A stretch of 64,000 nt of DNA from Pseudomonadota bacterium (GTDB taxonomy: Bacteria; Pseudomonadota; Gammaproteobacteria; RBG-16-57-12), in the NCBI GenBank assembly GCA_040752855.1, contig JBFMHP010000046.1, positions 9,349 through 73,348 on the forward strand. The letters run 5' to 3'. The notes under the pieces are model-generated. The model saw only the letters and a list, made by a program, of their open reading frames with translations, was not told the origin of the DNA and did no database searches. Below, piece by piece: positions 35,797 to 45,568 of this stretch. The stretch's first letter is position 1, and every line of letters starts with the position of its first letter. Made by a program: the position numbers and the translations under genes.

Positions 35797-38700
35797 TTAC
35801 TCCGTTGTCTTGGTATGATCGCTTTGCAACATTTCCGCCACGCTCTTCGCCAAGTCACCCAAGGCGAAGGGTTTGGGGATGAATTTGGCCGGGCAAAGCT
35901 CGGCCAGCATCTGGGACACATGCGCATCGGTGAAACCGCTGCACAGAATGACCGGCAGCCCGGGGCGCTGTCGTCTGATTTCGCGCAACAGCTCGGCGCC
36001 GGTCATCCCCGGCATCATCTGATCGGTGATCGCCAGATCAAACCGGGCGGGATTCCGCTGGAACAGCGCGAGCGCGCGGCGCGGATCGCTTTCGATCTCA
36101 ACCTTATACCCCGCGCGTTCCAGCCCGCGCTTGACCATCGCGCCCAGCGCCGCCTCGTCGTCGACAAACAGCAGGCGCCCGGCGTGGACCGGCGGCGCGG
36201 CCGGCGATGCGACCTGATCCGCGCTGGTGCCGTGCGGGGCGGCGAGCGGCAGGTAGATTTCAAATCGCGCGCCGCCGGCCGCGCGATTCTCCACCCGGAT
36301 GCACCCGTGGGCCGCGGTGACCACCCCGTGCACCACCGCCAGCCCCATGCCGGTGCCCTCGCCCACGCCTTTGGTGGTGAAGAAGGGTTCGAAGATGCGT
36401 TCCCGGATCGCCTCGGGCACGCCCGGCCCGGTGTCTTCGACCACCAGCGCGAGATATTCCTCCGCACCCGCTCCCGCGCACGACGGCGGGAAAGGCACGT
36501 CGCCCGCGGCAACGCGCTCGAGCGACACATACAACTCACCTTGCTGCCCCATCGCCTGCGCCGCGTTGATCGCCAGGTTCATCACCACCTGATCGAGCTG
36601 AACCGGGTCCATCTCCACCCACAGCTCAGTGGCGTTGATGCGCGTTTCGATGCCGACCGAAACGGGCAAGGTGGCGCGGATCATGCGCAGACATTCCTTC
36701 ACCACCGTCTCGGCCTGGAAATGCCGCTTTTCGTGCTGGGTGCGCCGGCTGAAGGCCAGGATCTGCTTGACCAGTTCCTTGGCGCGCTGGCCCGCGGCCA
36801 TCACTTCCTTCAGATGGTCACGCGCCTGACTGGCGGCGGGAAGATCATCGAGCGCCAAATCAGAGTAGCCGATGATCGCGGTGAGAATATTGTTGAAGTC
36901 ATGCGCGATCCCGCCGGCCAGACGGCCGATCGCCTCCATTTTTTGCGACTGCAGTCCGCGCTCCTGGCGCAGGATCTCATCGGTGATATCGCGCGCCACG
37001 CCGACATAGTGCCGGCCTTTTTCCGTGTCGATGGGCGAGATACTCAAAAAGAATGTGCGCTCTTCATTGTGCAGCGTCACCCCGAGCCGGCCGCTCCAGC
37101 CGCCGCCCTCTCCCAGCCGCTCCCAGACATCCTTGCAGTGATCCGGCGCACGTTTAAGCGCCACAAACAGATCGGCCTCGCGGTCGAGCACCTCCGCCAT
37201 CTCTTTGCGCACCAACACGGCGTAGGACGGATTGGCGTACTCGATCACGCCATCGGTCGTGGTAATGAAGATCCCTTCGCTCGACTGAGCGACGGCGGAG
37301 GCAAGGACCTGGTTTTCCTCCTCAACCTTCACCCGCTCCGTGACATCGCGCGCAACCATCAGCACACCTTTGCGCGCGCCATCGTCGTGCAAGATCGGCA
37401 CGTACAGCAGATCGAACAGCGCGCGCCCGTAAACCGTGGCAAATTCCACGCCATAATGGCTGACGCCGCCCTCTTCCCAGAGCTTGCCGGGCAACTCATA
37501 GTGCGGGAGGCGTTCGCGCAGGATTTCGCTACAATCGGCCAGCTCTCGCAACGTTCGTTCACGATAATCGACATTCAGCATGTCGAGATTGCGCAACAGC
37601 ACCTTGTTGGCGATCAGCCAGCGGCCCTCGGCATCGAGCAGGCACACCTCGGCCGGCAGCGCGTGCACCAGGGTGTTGAGCCAATGCTCGTGTTCGCACA
37701 GCGCCTGTTCGGTTTCCTTGATACGCGTGATATCGGTGCGCAAGGCAAGATAGCGCTCGGGCCGGCCCTGGACATCGAGAAACGGCACGATGGTGGTGGC
37801 GACCCAGTAGAAGCGGCCGTCCTTGCGCCGGTTGCAAACCTCGCCATGCCAGACCTCGCCGCGCGCAATGACCCGCCACAGCTCATGGAAAAATGTCCGC
37901 GGATGGTGGCCGGAATTGACGATGCGGTGATCCCGCCCCAGCAGCTCCGCGCGCGAGTATTGCGATATCTCGCAGAACTTGTCGTTGACATAGGTGATGC
38001 GGCCGGCGGCATCCGTCATCGCTACGATGGCGTGCTGATCGAAGGCATACTTCAGGCGGTGCAGCTCGGCGACGGTCTGCTGCATATCGGTGTTGATGGC
38101 CTCGATCTCGCGCTGACGCCTACGCATGATGGTAAACACCCCGCCCACGAACACGATGAACCAGAAAACGTCCACCGCCACGAACGTCATCCGGTGCTCG
38201 CGCTCCAGCGCCCGCCAGTCGGCCAGGATGTCATCGGTCAAGGCCCAGGTCCGGTCATGGAGATCCTGCAGGCCGGCGCGCACCTGGGCCGTTTCACCGC
38301 CGGAGACGGTTGCGCTGAGCCCCAGCAGCTCGCTCCATTGCCGCAGCGACGTGGCGATCGCCTGGAGATCCGCGATGTAATGCTCGGCATCGAGCATCTT
38401 ATGATCCCAACCGGCTTCCAGCGCCTCATCCACCTGCCGCCGCGCCTGGCGCAGACCTTGGATCGCCTGCGCCAAGTCGGCGTCATCGCCATCGCGATAC
38501 TCCGCATAAAGCAGGTGCGCGCGCGTCATTTCGTGCCGCACCTCGTACATCAGCTGCGTCAGCACGGCGTTGGCGTGCGACAACCGCCCGCTGGTCCAGT
38601 GGGAAAAGTACACCAGCAGCAAACCGCTCATACCGAGACAGATCAACCATTGCAGAAACAGGGTCGCCTCGCGCCCGGCCGCAGCCCCCATCGGCCGCGC

Positions 38701-39447
38701 GGCGCCATCGGCCGGCGCGCTGCGCAGCAGAAACGGCACGATGCCCGCCGCCAGCGTCACCATGAGGATGACGAGGTAGAACAATACTGTGCCGGAGACG
38801 CCGGAGGCCGCGGGCGCGGTTCCCGGCGCGCCCGCGGGGCCCATGAACATCAGGCCGGACATCGCGGTGTAGTGCACCGCGCCGATGCCGAGGCCCAGCA
38901 TCGCGGCGGCGATGACGTGATAGCGCCGCTTGACGGCCGGCGCATCGCTTTCGATGAACTTGAGCGAAAAGCTCATGACCAGGTGACTGACGACGATCCC
39001 GACCAGCAATGCCAGCCCGATGACCCAGGGATCGTGATGCATGTCGTGCATCGTCCGGAGGGCGAGCATCCCGCTGTAATGCATCCCGGCGATGGTCAGC
39101 GCCAGGGCCAGGCTGCCGCCCATCCATTGCAACACCCCGAGCCGGCGCCGGCTGAGCAGATACACCGTGAGCACCGCGCCCAGGATCGCCACCAGCAGCG
39201 AAAGCAAGGTCGCGCCCACCGCGTAGGTCGCCAGCACCGGGAGCTCGTAGGCCACCATGCCAATGAAGTGCATCATCCAGATCGACAACCCCAGGGTAAT
39301 GGCGCTGGCCAACACCCCTCCATAGCTCCCCGCCGCGGTTCTCTGCAGGCCCCGCTGCAGCAGGCTCAGGGCAAAATACGCGCCGGTCACCGCTATCAGC
39401 AATGACAGGGCGACGAGCAGCGGATCGTAGGTACCATGAATCGGCAT
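35797..39447 (-). CDS. Hybrid histidine kinase MHYT-helical sensor-PAS x3-HisKA-HATPase-REC
   Basis: MHFIGM/MHYSGM/VHYTAM repeats, PAS motifs, GGIAHDFNNILT, FFTTKGVGEGTGMGL, FVDDE...ITDQMMP. Confidence 0.92.
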   Translation of the reverse strand: MPIHGTYDPLLVALSLLIAVTGAYFALSLLQRGLQRTAAGSYGGVLASAITLGLSIWMMHFIGMVAYELPVLATYAVGATLLSLLVAILGAVLTVYLLSRRRLGVLQWMGGSLALALTIAGMHYSGMLALRTMHDMHHDPWVIGLALLVGIVVSHLVMSFSLKFIESDAPAVKRRYHVIAAAMLGLGIGAVHYTAMSGLMFMGPAGAPGTAPAASGVSGTVLFYLVILMVTLAAGIVPFLLRSAPADGAARPMGAAAGREATLFLQWLICLGMSGLLLVYFSHWTSGRLSHANAVLTQLMYEVRHEMTRAHLLYAEYRDGDDADLAQAIQGLRQARRQVDEALEAGWDHKMLDAEHYIADLQAIATSLRQWSELLGLSATVSGGETAQVRAGLQDLHDRTWALTDDILADWRALEREHRMTFVAVDVFWFIVFVGGVFTIMRRRQREIEAINTDMQQTVAELHRLKYAFDQHAIVAMTDAAGRITYVNDKFCEISQYSRAELLGRDHRIVNSGHHPRTFFHELWRVIARGEVWHGEVCNRRKDGRFYWVATTIVPFLDVQGRPERYLALRTDITRIKETEQALCEHEHWLNTLVHALPAEVCLLDAEGRWLIANKVLLRNLDMLNVDYRERTLRELADCSEILRERLPHYELPGKLWEEGGVSHYGVEFATVYGRALFDLLYVPILHDDGARKGVLMVARDVTERVKVEEENQVLASAVAQSSEGIFITTTDGVIEYANPSYAVLVRKEMAEVLDREADLFVALKRAPDHCKDVWERLGEGGGWSGRLGVTLHNEERTFFLSISPIDTEKGRHYVGVARDITDEILRQERGLQSQKMEAIGRLAGGIAHDFNNILTAIIGYSDLALDDLPAASQARDHLKEVMAAGQRAKELVKQILAFSRRTQHEKRHFQAETVVKECLRMIRATLPVSVGIETRINATELWVEMDPVQLDQVVMNLAINAAQAMGQQGELYVSLERVAAGDVPFPPSCAGAGAEEYLALVVEDTGPGVPEAIRERIFEPFFTTKGVGEGTGMGLAVVHGVVTAAHGCIRVENRAAGGARFEIYLPLAAPHGTSADQVASPAAPPVHAGRLLFVDDEAALGAMVKRGLERAGYKVEIESDPRRALALFQRNPARFDLAITDQMMPGMTGAELLREIRRQRPGLPVILCSGFTDAHVSQMLAELCPAKFIPKPFALGDLAKSVAEMLQSDHTKTTE

Positions 39448-39562
39448 TTTGACTGAGTGAATGGCAAGGGTTTACTATTTCGCTAAGTTATCGGCAGACG
39501 GGGAGACAATCTGACCCCCTCATGCCCGCTCAATAGAACTCAAGCCCCGAACCCACATTGCA

Positions 39563-40126
39563 ATGTTGACTATCTCCCCCGCGACCGGCCTGATCCTGGG
39601 CACCCCCTTCATCGAATCACCCAATTGCGACGCACGCCCGGAAGGCGCCCCGATCGATTTGCTGGTGATCCACAATATCAGCCTCCCGCCGGGCGAATTC
39701 GGGGGCGAGCATATCAGCGCGCTGTTTACCAATTGTCTCGACCCGCAGGCGCACCCCTATTTCACCGGGATCTGCGGGCTGCGCGTCTCGGCCCATGCCT
39801 TGATCCGGCGCGACGGGCAGATCATCCAGTACGTGCCGTTTCACAAACGGGCCTGGCACGCGGGCGTATCCTGTTTCGAGGACCGCACGGCCTGTAACGA
39901 TTTTTCCATCGGCATCGAGCTGGAGGGCACCGACACCGCCCCCTACAGCGAGGTGCAATACGCCCGCCTGATCGAACTCACCGCGGCCCTGATGCGCGCC
40001 TATCCGGGGATCAACCCGCAGCGCATCACCGGCCACGAGCACATCGCGCCGGGGCGCAAGACCGATCCCGGACCGGCTTTTGATTGGGCGCGCTATCTCG
40101 GTGCGATAAAATCGGAGTACGTCTGA
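39563..40126 (+). CDS. ampD: 1,6-anhydro-N-acetylmuramyl-L-alanine amidase
   Basis: SPNCDARP, VIHNISLPPG, AWHAG, GHEHIAPGRKTDPG. Confidence 0.96.
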   Translation: MLTISPATGLILGTPFIESPNCDARPEGAPIDLLVIHNISLPPGEFGGEHISALFTNCLDPQAHPYFTGICGLRVSAHALIRRDGQIIQYVPFHKRAWHAGVSCFEDRTACNDFSIGIELEGTDTAPYSEVQYARLIELTAALMRAYPGINPQRITGHEHIAPGRKTDPGPAFDWARYLGAIKSEYV

Positions 40127-40184
40127 CCCCCCAAACCCCGTGACCGGCAGGCTAAAATAATACGAACAATGCCTTGGACCCCCC

Positions 40185-41036
40185 ATGAACCTGATCATCA
40201 TCCTCATCAGCATTGCCATCGACAAATTCAGCCGCGACATCCAGAACCTGCGCCGCTTCGAGTGGTTCCGCCGCTATCAACGCCAGTGCCTGGCGATGCT
40301 GCCACAGGACTGGTCCGGCACGCTCCGCCTGGTGTTGCTGCTCGCCCTCCCGCTGATCCTGCTGGAGCTGATCCTCGCCGCCCTGCCGGGGTTGTTCGAT
40401 TTCCTGCTCGCCGTTGCGGTGCTGGTGCTCTGCCTGGGGCCGCGCGATCTCACCGAGCAGGTGCAGGAGTATCTCGATGCCTGCGAGCGCGAGGATCAGG
40501 AGGCCGCCGCGCGCCATGCCGCGGAGCTGTGCGGCACGCCCACGGCCGAGGGGCCGGCGCAGATCAGCCAGGTGATCGACCGGATCCTGATCGAGATCAA
40601 CGAGCGCTACCTCGCCGTCATCTTCTGGTTCGTCGTGCTCGGGCCGTTCGGCGCCCTGCTCTACCGGCTGACCGCCCTGGCGCGCCGCGCGCCGGATGCC
40701 GCAGAGTTCGACACAGCCCTCCTCGAGGCCGCCCGCGGCCTGCACGCCATCCTGGCCTGGCTTCCCGCGCGCATCTGCGCCCTGAGCTATGCCTTGGCCG
40801 GCAGCATGACTGACGCCCTGCACAATTGGCGCGAATACGACACCGAGCACGCCCGCTATTTCGCCGACCGCAGCACCGGACTGCTGATCATGGCCGGCCG
40901 CGGGGCCTTGTCCGTCGACACCGTATACACCCTCGATACCGACACCGTCGCTCAGACACTCGAACTGGGTAACCGCGCGCTGCTCATCTGGATCATCCTT
41001 ATCGCCCTGCTGACCTTGTTCAGCCTTGCCTTCTGA
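40185..41036 (+). CDS. ampE: AmpE (CobD/CbiB-related) membrane protein
   Basis: LCLGPR, NERYLAVIFWF..LG..GALLYRL, WLPAR; follows ampD. Confidence 0.85.
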   Translation: MNLIIILISIAIDKFSRDIQNLRRFEWFRRYQRQCLAMLPQDWSGTLRLVLLLALPLILLELILAALPGLFDFLLAVAVLVLCLGPRDLTEQVQEYLDACEREDQEAAARHAAELCGTPTAEGPAQISQVIDRILIEINERYLAVIFWFVVLGPFGALLYRLTALARRAPDAAEFDTALLEAARGLHAILAWLPARICALSYALAGSMTDALHNWREYDTEHARYFADRSTGLLIMAGRGALSVDTVYTLDTDTVAQTLELGNRALLIWIILIALLTLFSLAF

Positions 41037-41044
41037 GAACGCTT

Positions 41045-41656
41045 ATGACCGACAGCTTCACCACCACCATCGACCTGATCCGCCACGGCGAGCCCGTCGG
41101 CGGCAAGAAATATCGCGGCCAGATCGACGACCCGTTGAGCGAAAAAGGCTGGCGCCAGATGCGCGAGGCGGTGGGCGATCATTGCCCGTGGGAGGTGATT
41201 ATCAGCTCCCCGCTGACGCGCTGCGCGGCCTTCGCCGAGGAACTCGCCAGCCGGCACCACCGCCCGCTGGAGCTCGATGACCGTCTGATGGAGATCGGCT
41301 TCGGCGCCTGGGAGGGGCGCACCGCCGCCGAATTGAAAGAAGCAGACCCGCAGCGCCTGCTGCGCTTCTGGTCGGACCCGCTGAACAACACCCCGCCGGG
41401 CGCCGAGACGCTCCCGGCCTTTCGCGAGCGCGTGATCGCGGGGTGGAACGCGGCGCAGCAACGCCACACAGGCAAGCATTTATTGATGGTCGGCCACGCC
41501 GGGATGATGCGGATGATCATCCGCGAGGTGCTGGCGATGCCGCTCGACAAGCTGTTTCACATCCAGGTGGAAAACGCCTGCATCACCCGCATCACCGTCG
41601 ATCACTACGATGGCGAGGACTTCCCACGCCTGCATTTCCATCACGGGCGCTTATAG
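41045..41656 (+). CDS. Histidine phosphatase family protein (CobC-like)
   Basis: LIRHGE, RLMEIGFGAWEG, VGHAG. Confidence 0.85.
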   Translation: MTDSFTTTIDLIRHGEPVGGKKYRGQIDDPLSEKGWRQMREAVGDHCPWEVIISSPLTRCAAFAEELASRHHRPLELDDRLMEIGFGAWEGRTAAELKEADPQRLLRFWSDPLNNTPPGAETLPAFRERVIAGWNAAQQRHTGKHLLMVGHAGMMRMIIREVLAMPLDKLFHIQVENACITRITVDHYDGEDFPRLHFHHGRL

Positions 41657-41684
41657 AAGCCTCCCATAATCCGCGATCACACTT

Positions 41685-44048
41685 TTAAGGCAACTGCCCG
41701 CATGCATCGTCCATGCTGATGCCGCCACCTTCGCAGTTGCTCGCCTGCCAGTTACCGCTGGTGGCAAAGCTGTAGATCGCCAATGAGGCCCCGTAATAAT
41801 AGGGCGGCGCGACAAGCGGCGCCCGGCCATCATTAGTCGCCGGAAGACCATTCGAGCCACGCACCAGAGTGATTCGGCTGCCTATCGGATAAGGCACGCC
41901 GCTCGGTTGCAGCGCCTCCGGGCCAATGTCGTTCAGGTTGACCAGCAGCGCCTTGTTCTTCCAGCCGTGCGGCACCGCGACATGGCACCACATGCAGCGC
42001 ATATTGCCCATCTTGTCCACATGCAGGGCATGCAGATTATCCCCGCCGCCGCTGAACCCCGTCGTGGTGGGGCTGTTCCGGTAGGTGGTAGTGGCGTACA
42101 CATCATAGTTGTGACACTTGAAACACAGGTCATCCTGCTGATTCTGGCCGGTGCTCGGGGTCCAATCGCCCTTGAGGATGAAGGGTTTGGTCGAACCGTG
42201 CGGACCCCAGTTATCCCCCGCGCCGGGAGTGCTCGTGCCGTTGGCCGTGGCCACCCCGTGGCAGTCGGAACAGTACATGGTCTGGGTACCGACGTCGGTC
42301 GTGCCGTTCCACGGAGCGAGGAAGGAGTTGACGGTGGCGTGGGTCATGGTACGCGTGGTCTTGTTGCGGCCGGTCGCGCCAATCACCGGATGCCAGCTGC
42401 GGTGATTGTTGGCCTGGTTGGTATACATGGCGCTGGCGCCGGTGTTGCCCACCGAGTTCACGGGCGCAAATTCCTTGGCTTGGTCGGTATACGTTGTGAC
42501 GCCGCTCAAAATTCCGTTGTTCTCCCCCGAACCTCCGATGGTGTTGCCAAAAAGCGGGGGCGTCGTGCCGAAGGCATAGGACGAGTGGCACTTCAGGCAC
42601 ACTTGATACTCCTTGGAGACGGCATCCGCCCCCAGCCCCTTCTTCACCGTGTAACCGCTGGCCTGATCCAGCACCGTATCAAAGGCCATGCTGCCGCCAT
42701 AAATCGGCTCCACCCCCCAGGACCCACGCAGCACGCCGGAGGCCTCATTGGTATGGCCGGCGGCATGGTTGTGGGTGGCGCTGGTATTCAAGCCACCCAG
42801 ATCGGCCTGGGTGTTGTTGGCCACGCGGTGCGGATTGTGGCAATCGGTGCACTCGGCGTGACGCATGCTGCTGTCATTGTTTGGCCCGGAAAGCGTGTTG
42901 TTCACGCCCGCGTTGGATTCGGTGAGATCGGCATTTCGCACGTTGTGATGCTCGGGATCACTTGCCCCGAGTCCCTGATCGCTGTTACTGATCGGCATGC
43001 GGTAGGCGAGCGAAAAATCCTTTTGCATGTTCGGCACTTGGCTCACATCGGTCAACACCGTGGTAGAGCTGTTGCCATGGCACTGGTAGCAGGTGTTCTC
43101 CGTCCCCGCCTGGCGCTGCAGGCGCTGAGCGCCCTGCACGGTGTGCGGATCATGGCAGTTCAGGCAGGCGGCGCGGTAGACCGGAAGTCCCCGGGGAAAT
43201 CCACGCGCATCCGCGGCGGCATCGGTATAGGTTTCGGTAGCGATTGCGCTCGAGGCATGCGACGAACCCACCCAGCCGTTCTTGTCGTGGCAGGCGATGC
43301 AGATGATGTCATTGCTCGTATTGAATGCGCCGTCCGACGGGGCCACCGTGCTCTGGAAGCGGTTGAGGCGCAGGAACTTGATGTCCTCGCCGCTGCTGTC
43401 GCGGATATGCGGATCGTGGCAGGAGGCGCACTCGACCTTGCCGTTGTTGAGCGGCACGGTCAACACGCTGCGGTCGTGGCCGGGGGTGGGATCGCCGATA
43501 TGCGCGGCCGTCGCCGGATCGAACAGCTCGCCATCGCTGGCGGCCAGCGCGCTGTCGAAGGTGATCGAGATGGGATGATCGTTGGTCAGATCGGTCCCCA
43601 GCATGGCGTTGCCGGTGAGCTTGTCGACACCGCCCGCCATGGTGATGCCGCTGCCGGTGCCGCTGCCGGGCGCATTGTTCACTGCGCCGAGGGCCTGGGT
43701 GCCGTCATGACAGGTCAGGCACAGCTTGGAGGGGTTGGCGATATCGGTGATCGTGCCGGCCTGCATCGACCCCGAGCCATAGATGGCATAGGTGCCGGAG
43801 GCTGGGATCGTCCGGTTCCACAGCGGTGCGCCCTCGGCCGTCGCCGCCCCGTGCGGGGTGTGGCAGAACACGCAGATACCGGATTCGCCGGCCGCCTTGA
43901 ATGAAGTGGTGGTGCTGCCGGCCGACAGGTTATGTTTGGTATTGGTGATATCCGAGATGCGGGCGGCCTGGGCTGGATGGCAAAGGGCCAGCGTAGCTAA
44001 CACCGCGCAAACGATCGACCTCCGCCCCGTAATCACCCCACTGCGCAT
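41685..44048 (-). CDS. Secreted 11-heme c-type cytochrome with OmcE-like N-terminal tetraheme module
   Basis: Signal peptide ending AQA; 11 CxxCH motifs counted; ATG at 44048 preceded by GAGG. Confidence 0.9.
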   Translation of the reverse strand: MRSGVITGRRSIVCAVLATLALCHPAQAARISDITNTKHNLSAGSTTTSFKAAGESGICVFCHTPHGAATAEGAPLWNRTIPASGTYAIYGSGSMQAGTITDIANPSKLCLTCHDGTQALGAVNNAPGSGTGSGITMAGGVDKLTGNAMLGTDLTNDHPISITFDSALAASDGELFDPATAAHIGDPTPGHDRSVLTVPLNNGKVECASCHDPHIRDSSGEDIKFLRLNRFQSTVAPSDGAFNTSNDIICIACHDKNGWVGSSHASSAIATETYTDAAADARGFPRGLPVYRAACLNCHDPHTVQGAQRLQRQAGTENTCYQCHGNSSTTVLTDVSQVPNMQKDFSLAYRMPISNSDQGLGASDPEHHNVRNADLTESNAGVNNTLSGPNNDSSMRHAECTDCHNPHRVANNTQADLGGLNTSATHNHAAGHTNEASGVLRGSWGVEPIYGGSMAFDTVLDQASGYTVKKGLGADAVSKEYQVCLKCHSSYAFGTTPPLFGNTIGGSGENNGILSGVTTYTDQAKEFAPVNSVGNTGASAMYTNQANNHRSWHPVIGATGRNKTTRTMTHATVNSFLAPWNGTTDVGTQTMYCSDCHGVATANGTSTPGAGDNWGPHGSTKPFILKGDWTPSTGQNQQDDLCFKCHNYDVYATTTYRNSPTTTGFSGGGDNLHALHVDKMGNMRCMWCHVAVPHGWKNKALLVNLNDIGPEALQPSGVPYPIGSRITLVRGSNGLPATNDGRAPLVAPPYYYGASLAIYSFATSGNWQASNCEGGGISMDDACGQLP

Positions 44049-44103
44049 CACTTTTACCTCAAAAATCAATCAAATAAAAACATTTGCGCACGGTCGCGCA
44101 AGT

Positions 44104-44124
44104 TTTATCACAATTAGTGATAAA
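44104..44124. promoter_or_regulatory. Perfect palindromic operator candidate
   Basis: TTTATCAC-AATTA-GTGATAAA between divergent genes. Confidence 0.55.
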
Positions 44125-44239
44125 TAGATCGGCATCACGGATGAAAGATTGAGCCGGAGCGTCCAAAGGGGTGAATGGTAGTGGCCAATGGCGGTAGTCG
44201 TGTAACATAACCCTCCCGTTTTGACTGGATAACCGCTTC

Positions 44240-45559
44240 ATGGAAATTCTGCTTCTCGCCGCCCTGATCCTGTTGAATGGCGTTTTCGCCATGTCCGAGA
44301 TCGCCCTGATCGCCGCCCGCCGCTTGCGCCTCGCCCGCCTGGCGGAAGAAGGTGACCGCGCCGCGGCGACGGCCATCAAGCTGGGCGAGGACCCCACCCG
44401 CTTCCTCTCCACGGTCCAGATCGGCATCACCTCCATCGGCATCCTCAACGGCATGGTCGGCGAGGCCGTGCTGGCCGAACCCCTGGCGATCTGGCTGCAA
44501 GGCCACGGTTTCGAACAGCAATCGAGCGAGATCGGTGCCACGGTGCTGGTGGTCACGGTGATCACCTATGTCTCGATTGTGGTGGGTGAGCTGGTGCCCA
44601 AGCGCATCGGCCAGATGAACCCCGAGCGCATCGCCCGGCTGGTGGCGCGCCCCATGAACGCCCTGGCCGCCATCTCGCGCCCCTTCGTCTGGCTGCTGAT
44701 GCGCTCGACTTCGGTGATGCTGCGCCTGTTCGGCATGCGCGACAGAGGCGTGCAGACGGTGACCGAGGAGGAGATTCACGCGATGCTCGAGGAGGGCTCG
44801 GAGTCGGGCATCATCGAGAAGACCGAGCACGAGATGGTGCGCAATGTCTTCCGCCTCGACGACCGCCAGATCGGCACCCTGATGGTGCCGCGCGGGGACA
44901 TCGTCTGGCTCGACCTCACCCGGCCGCTGGCGGAGAACCTGGCGCGCATGGCCGAGGCCGAGCATTCCCGCTTCCCGGTCTGCCGTGGCAGCCTGGACGA
45001 GATCGTCGGCATCATCTCCGCCAAGCAGCTCCTGAACCAGACCCTCAAGGGTGAGACGGCCGACCTCAGCCTCCAGTTGCAGCCGGCGGTCTATGTGCCG
45101 GAATCCCTCACCGGCATGGAGCTGCTCAGCCAGTTCCGCGCTTCGAGCACCCACATGGTCTTCGTGATCGACGAGTATGGCGACGTACAAGGGATGGTGT
45201 CCCTCCACGACGTGCTTGAGGCGGTCACCGGCGAGTTCAAACCGCACCGCATCGAGGACTCCTGGGCGGTGCAGCGCGAGGATGGTTCGTGGCTGCTCGA
45301 CGGACTGATCCCGATCCCGGAACTGAAAGATCGCCTGGAGCTGAAGAGCGTGCCCGAAGAAGATCGCGGGCGCTACCACACCTTGAGCGGCATGATCATG
45401 TGGCTGCTCGGCAGCCTGCCGCGCACCGGCGACATCGTGACCTGGGAGGGATGGCGGCTGGAGGTGGTGGATCTCGATGGCAAGCGCATCGACAAGGTGC
45501 TGGCCAGCCTCATGCCCGAATCGGATGACAGCGAGGCCGCGCCGGGGCAGCGCGGCTGA
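44240..45559 (+). CDS. CNNM/CorC (HlyC) family protein, DUF21-CBS-CorC
   Basis: NGVFAMSEIAL, FLSTVQIGIT, GELVPKRI, HSRFPV, IDEYG. Confidence 0.93.
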   Translation: MEILLLAALILLNGVFAMSEIALIAARRLRLARLAEEGDRAAATAIKLGEDPTRFLSTVQIGITSIGILNGMVGEAVLAEPLAIWLQGHGFEQQSSEIGATVLVVTVITYVSIVVGELVPKRIGQMNPERIARLVARPMNALAAISRPFVWLLMRSTSVMLRLFGMRDRGVQTVTEEEIHAMLEEGSESGIIEKTEHEMVRNVFRLDDRQIGTLMVPRGDIVWLDLTRPLAENLARMAEAEHSRFPVCRGSLDEIVGIISAKQLLNQTLKGETADLSLQLQPAVYVPESLTGMELLSQFRASSTHMVFVIDEYGDVQGMVSLHDVLEAVTGEFKPHRIEDSWAVQREDGSWLLDGLIPIPELKDRLELKSVPEEDRGRYHTLSGMIMWLLGSLPRTGDIVTWEGWRLEVVDLDGKRIDKVLASLMPESDDSEAAPGQRG

Positions 45560-45568
45560 TCGACGCGA

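Noticed and set aside
41880-41900. REP-like CGGATAAGGC inside the cytochrome gene
   Set aside because: In-frame coding sequence without GTAG or a complementary arm; coincidence.
44141-44197. TGA read-through (selenocysteine) in the MKD uORF
   Set aside because: No SECIS-like hairpin or redox motif; the peptide would be only 18 aa.
44160-44230. yybP-ykoY (Mn) riboswitch upstream of the corC-like gene
   Set aside because: AAAGGGG is present, but GGGGAGUAGC and the downstream conserved loops are missing; kept only as an unknown leader.
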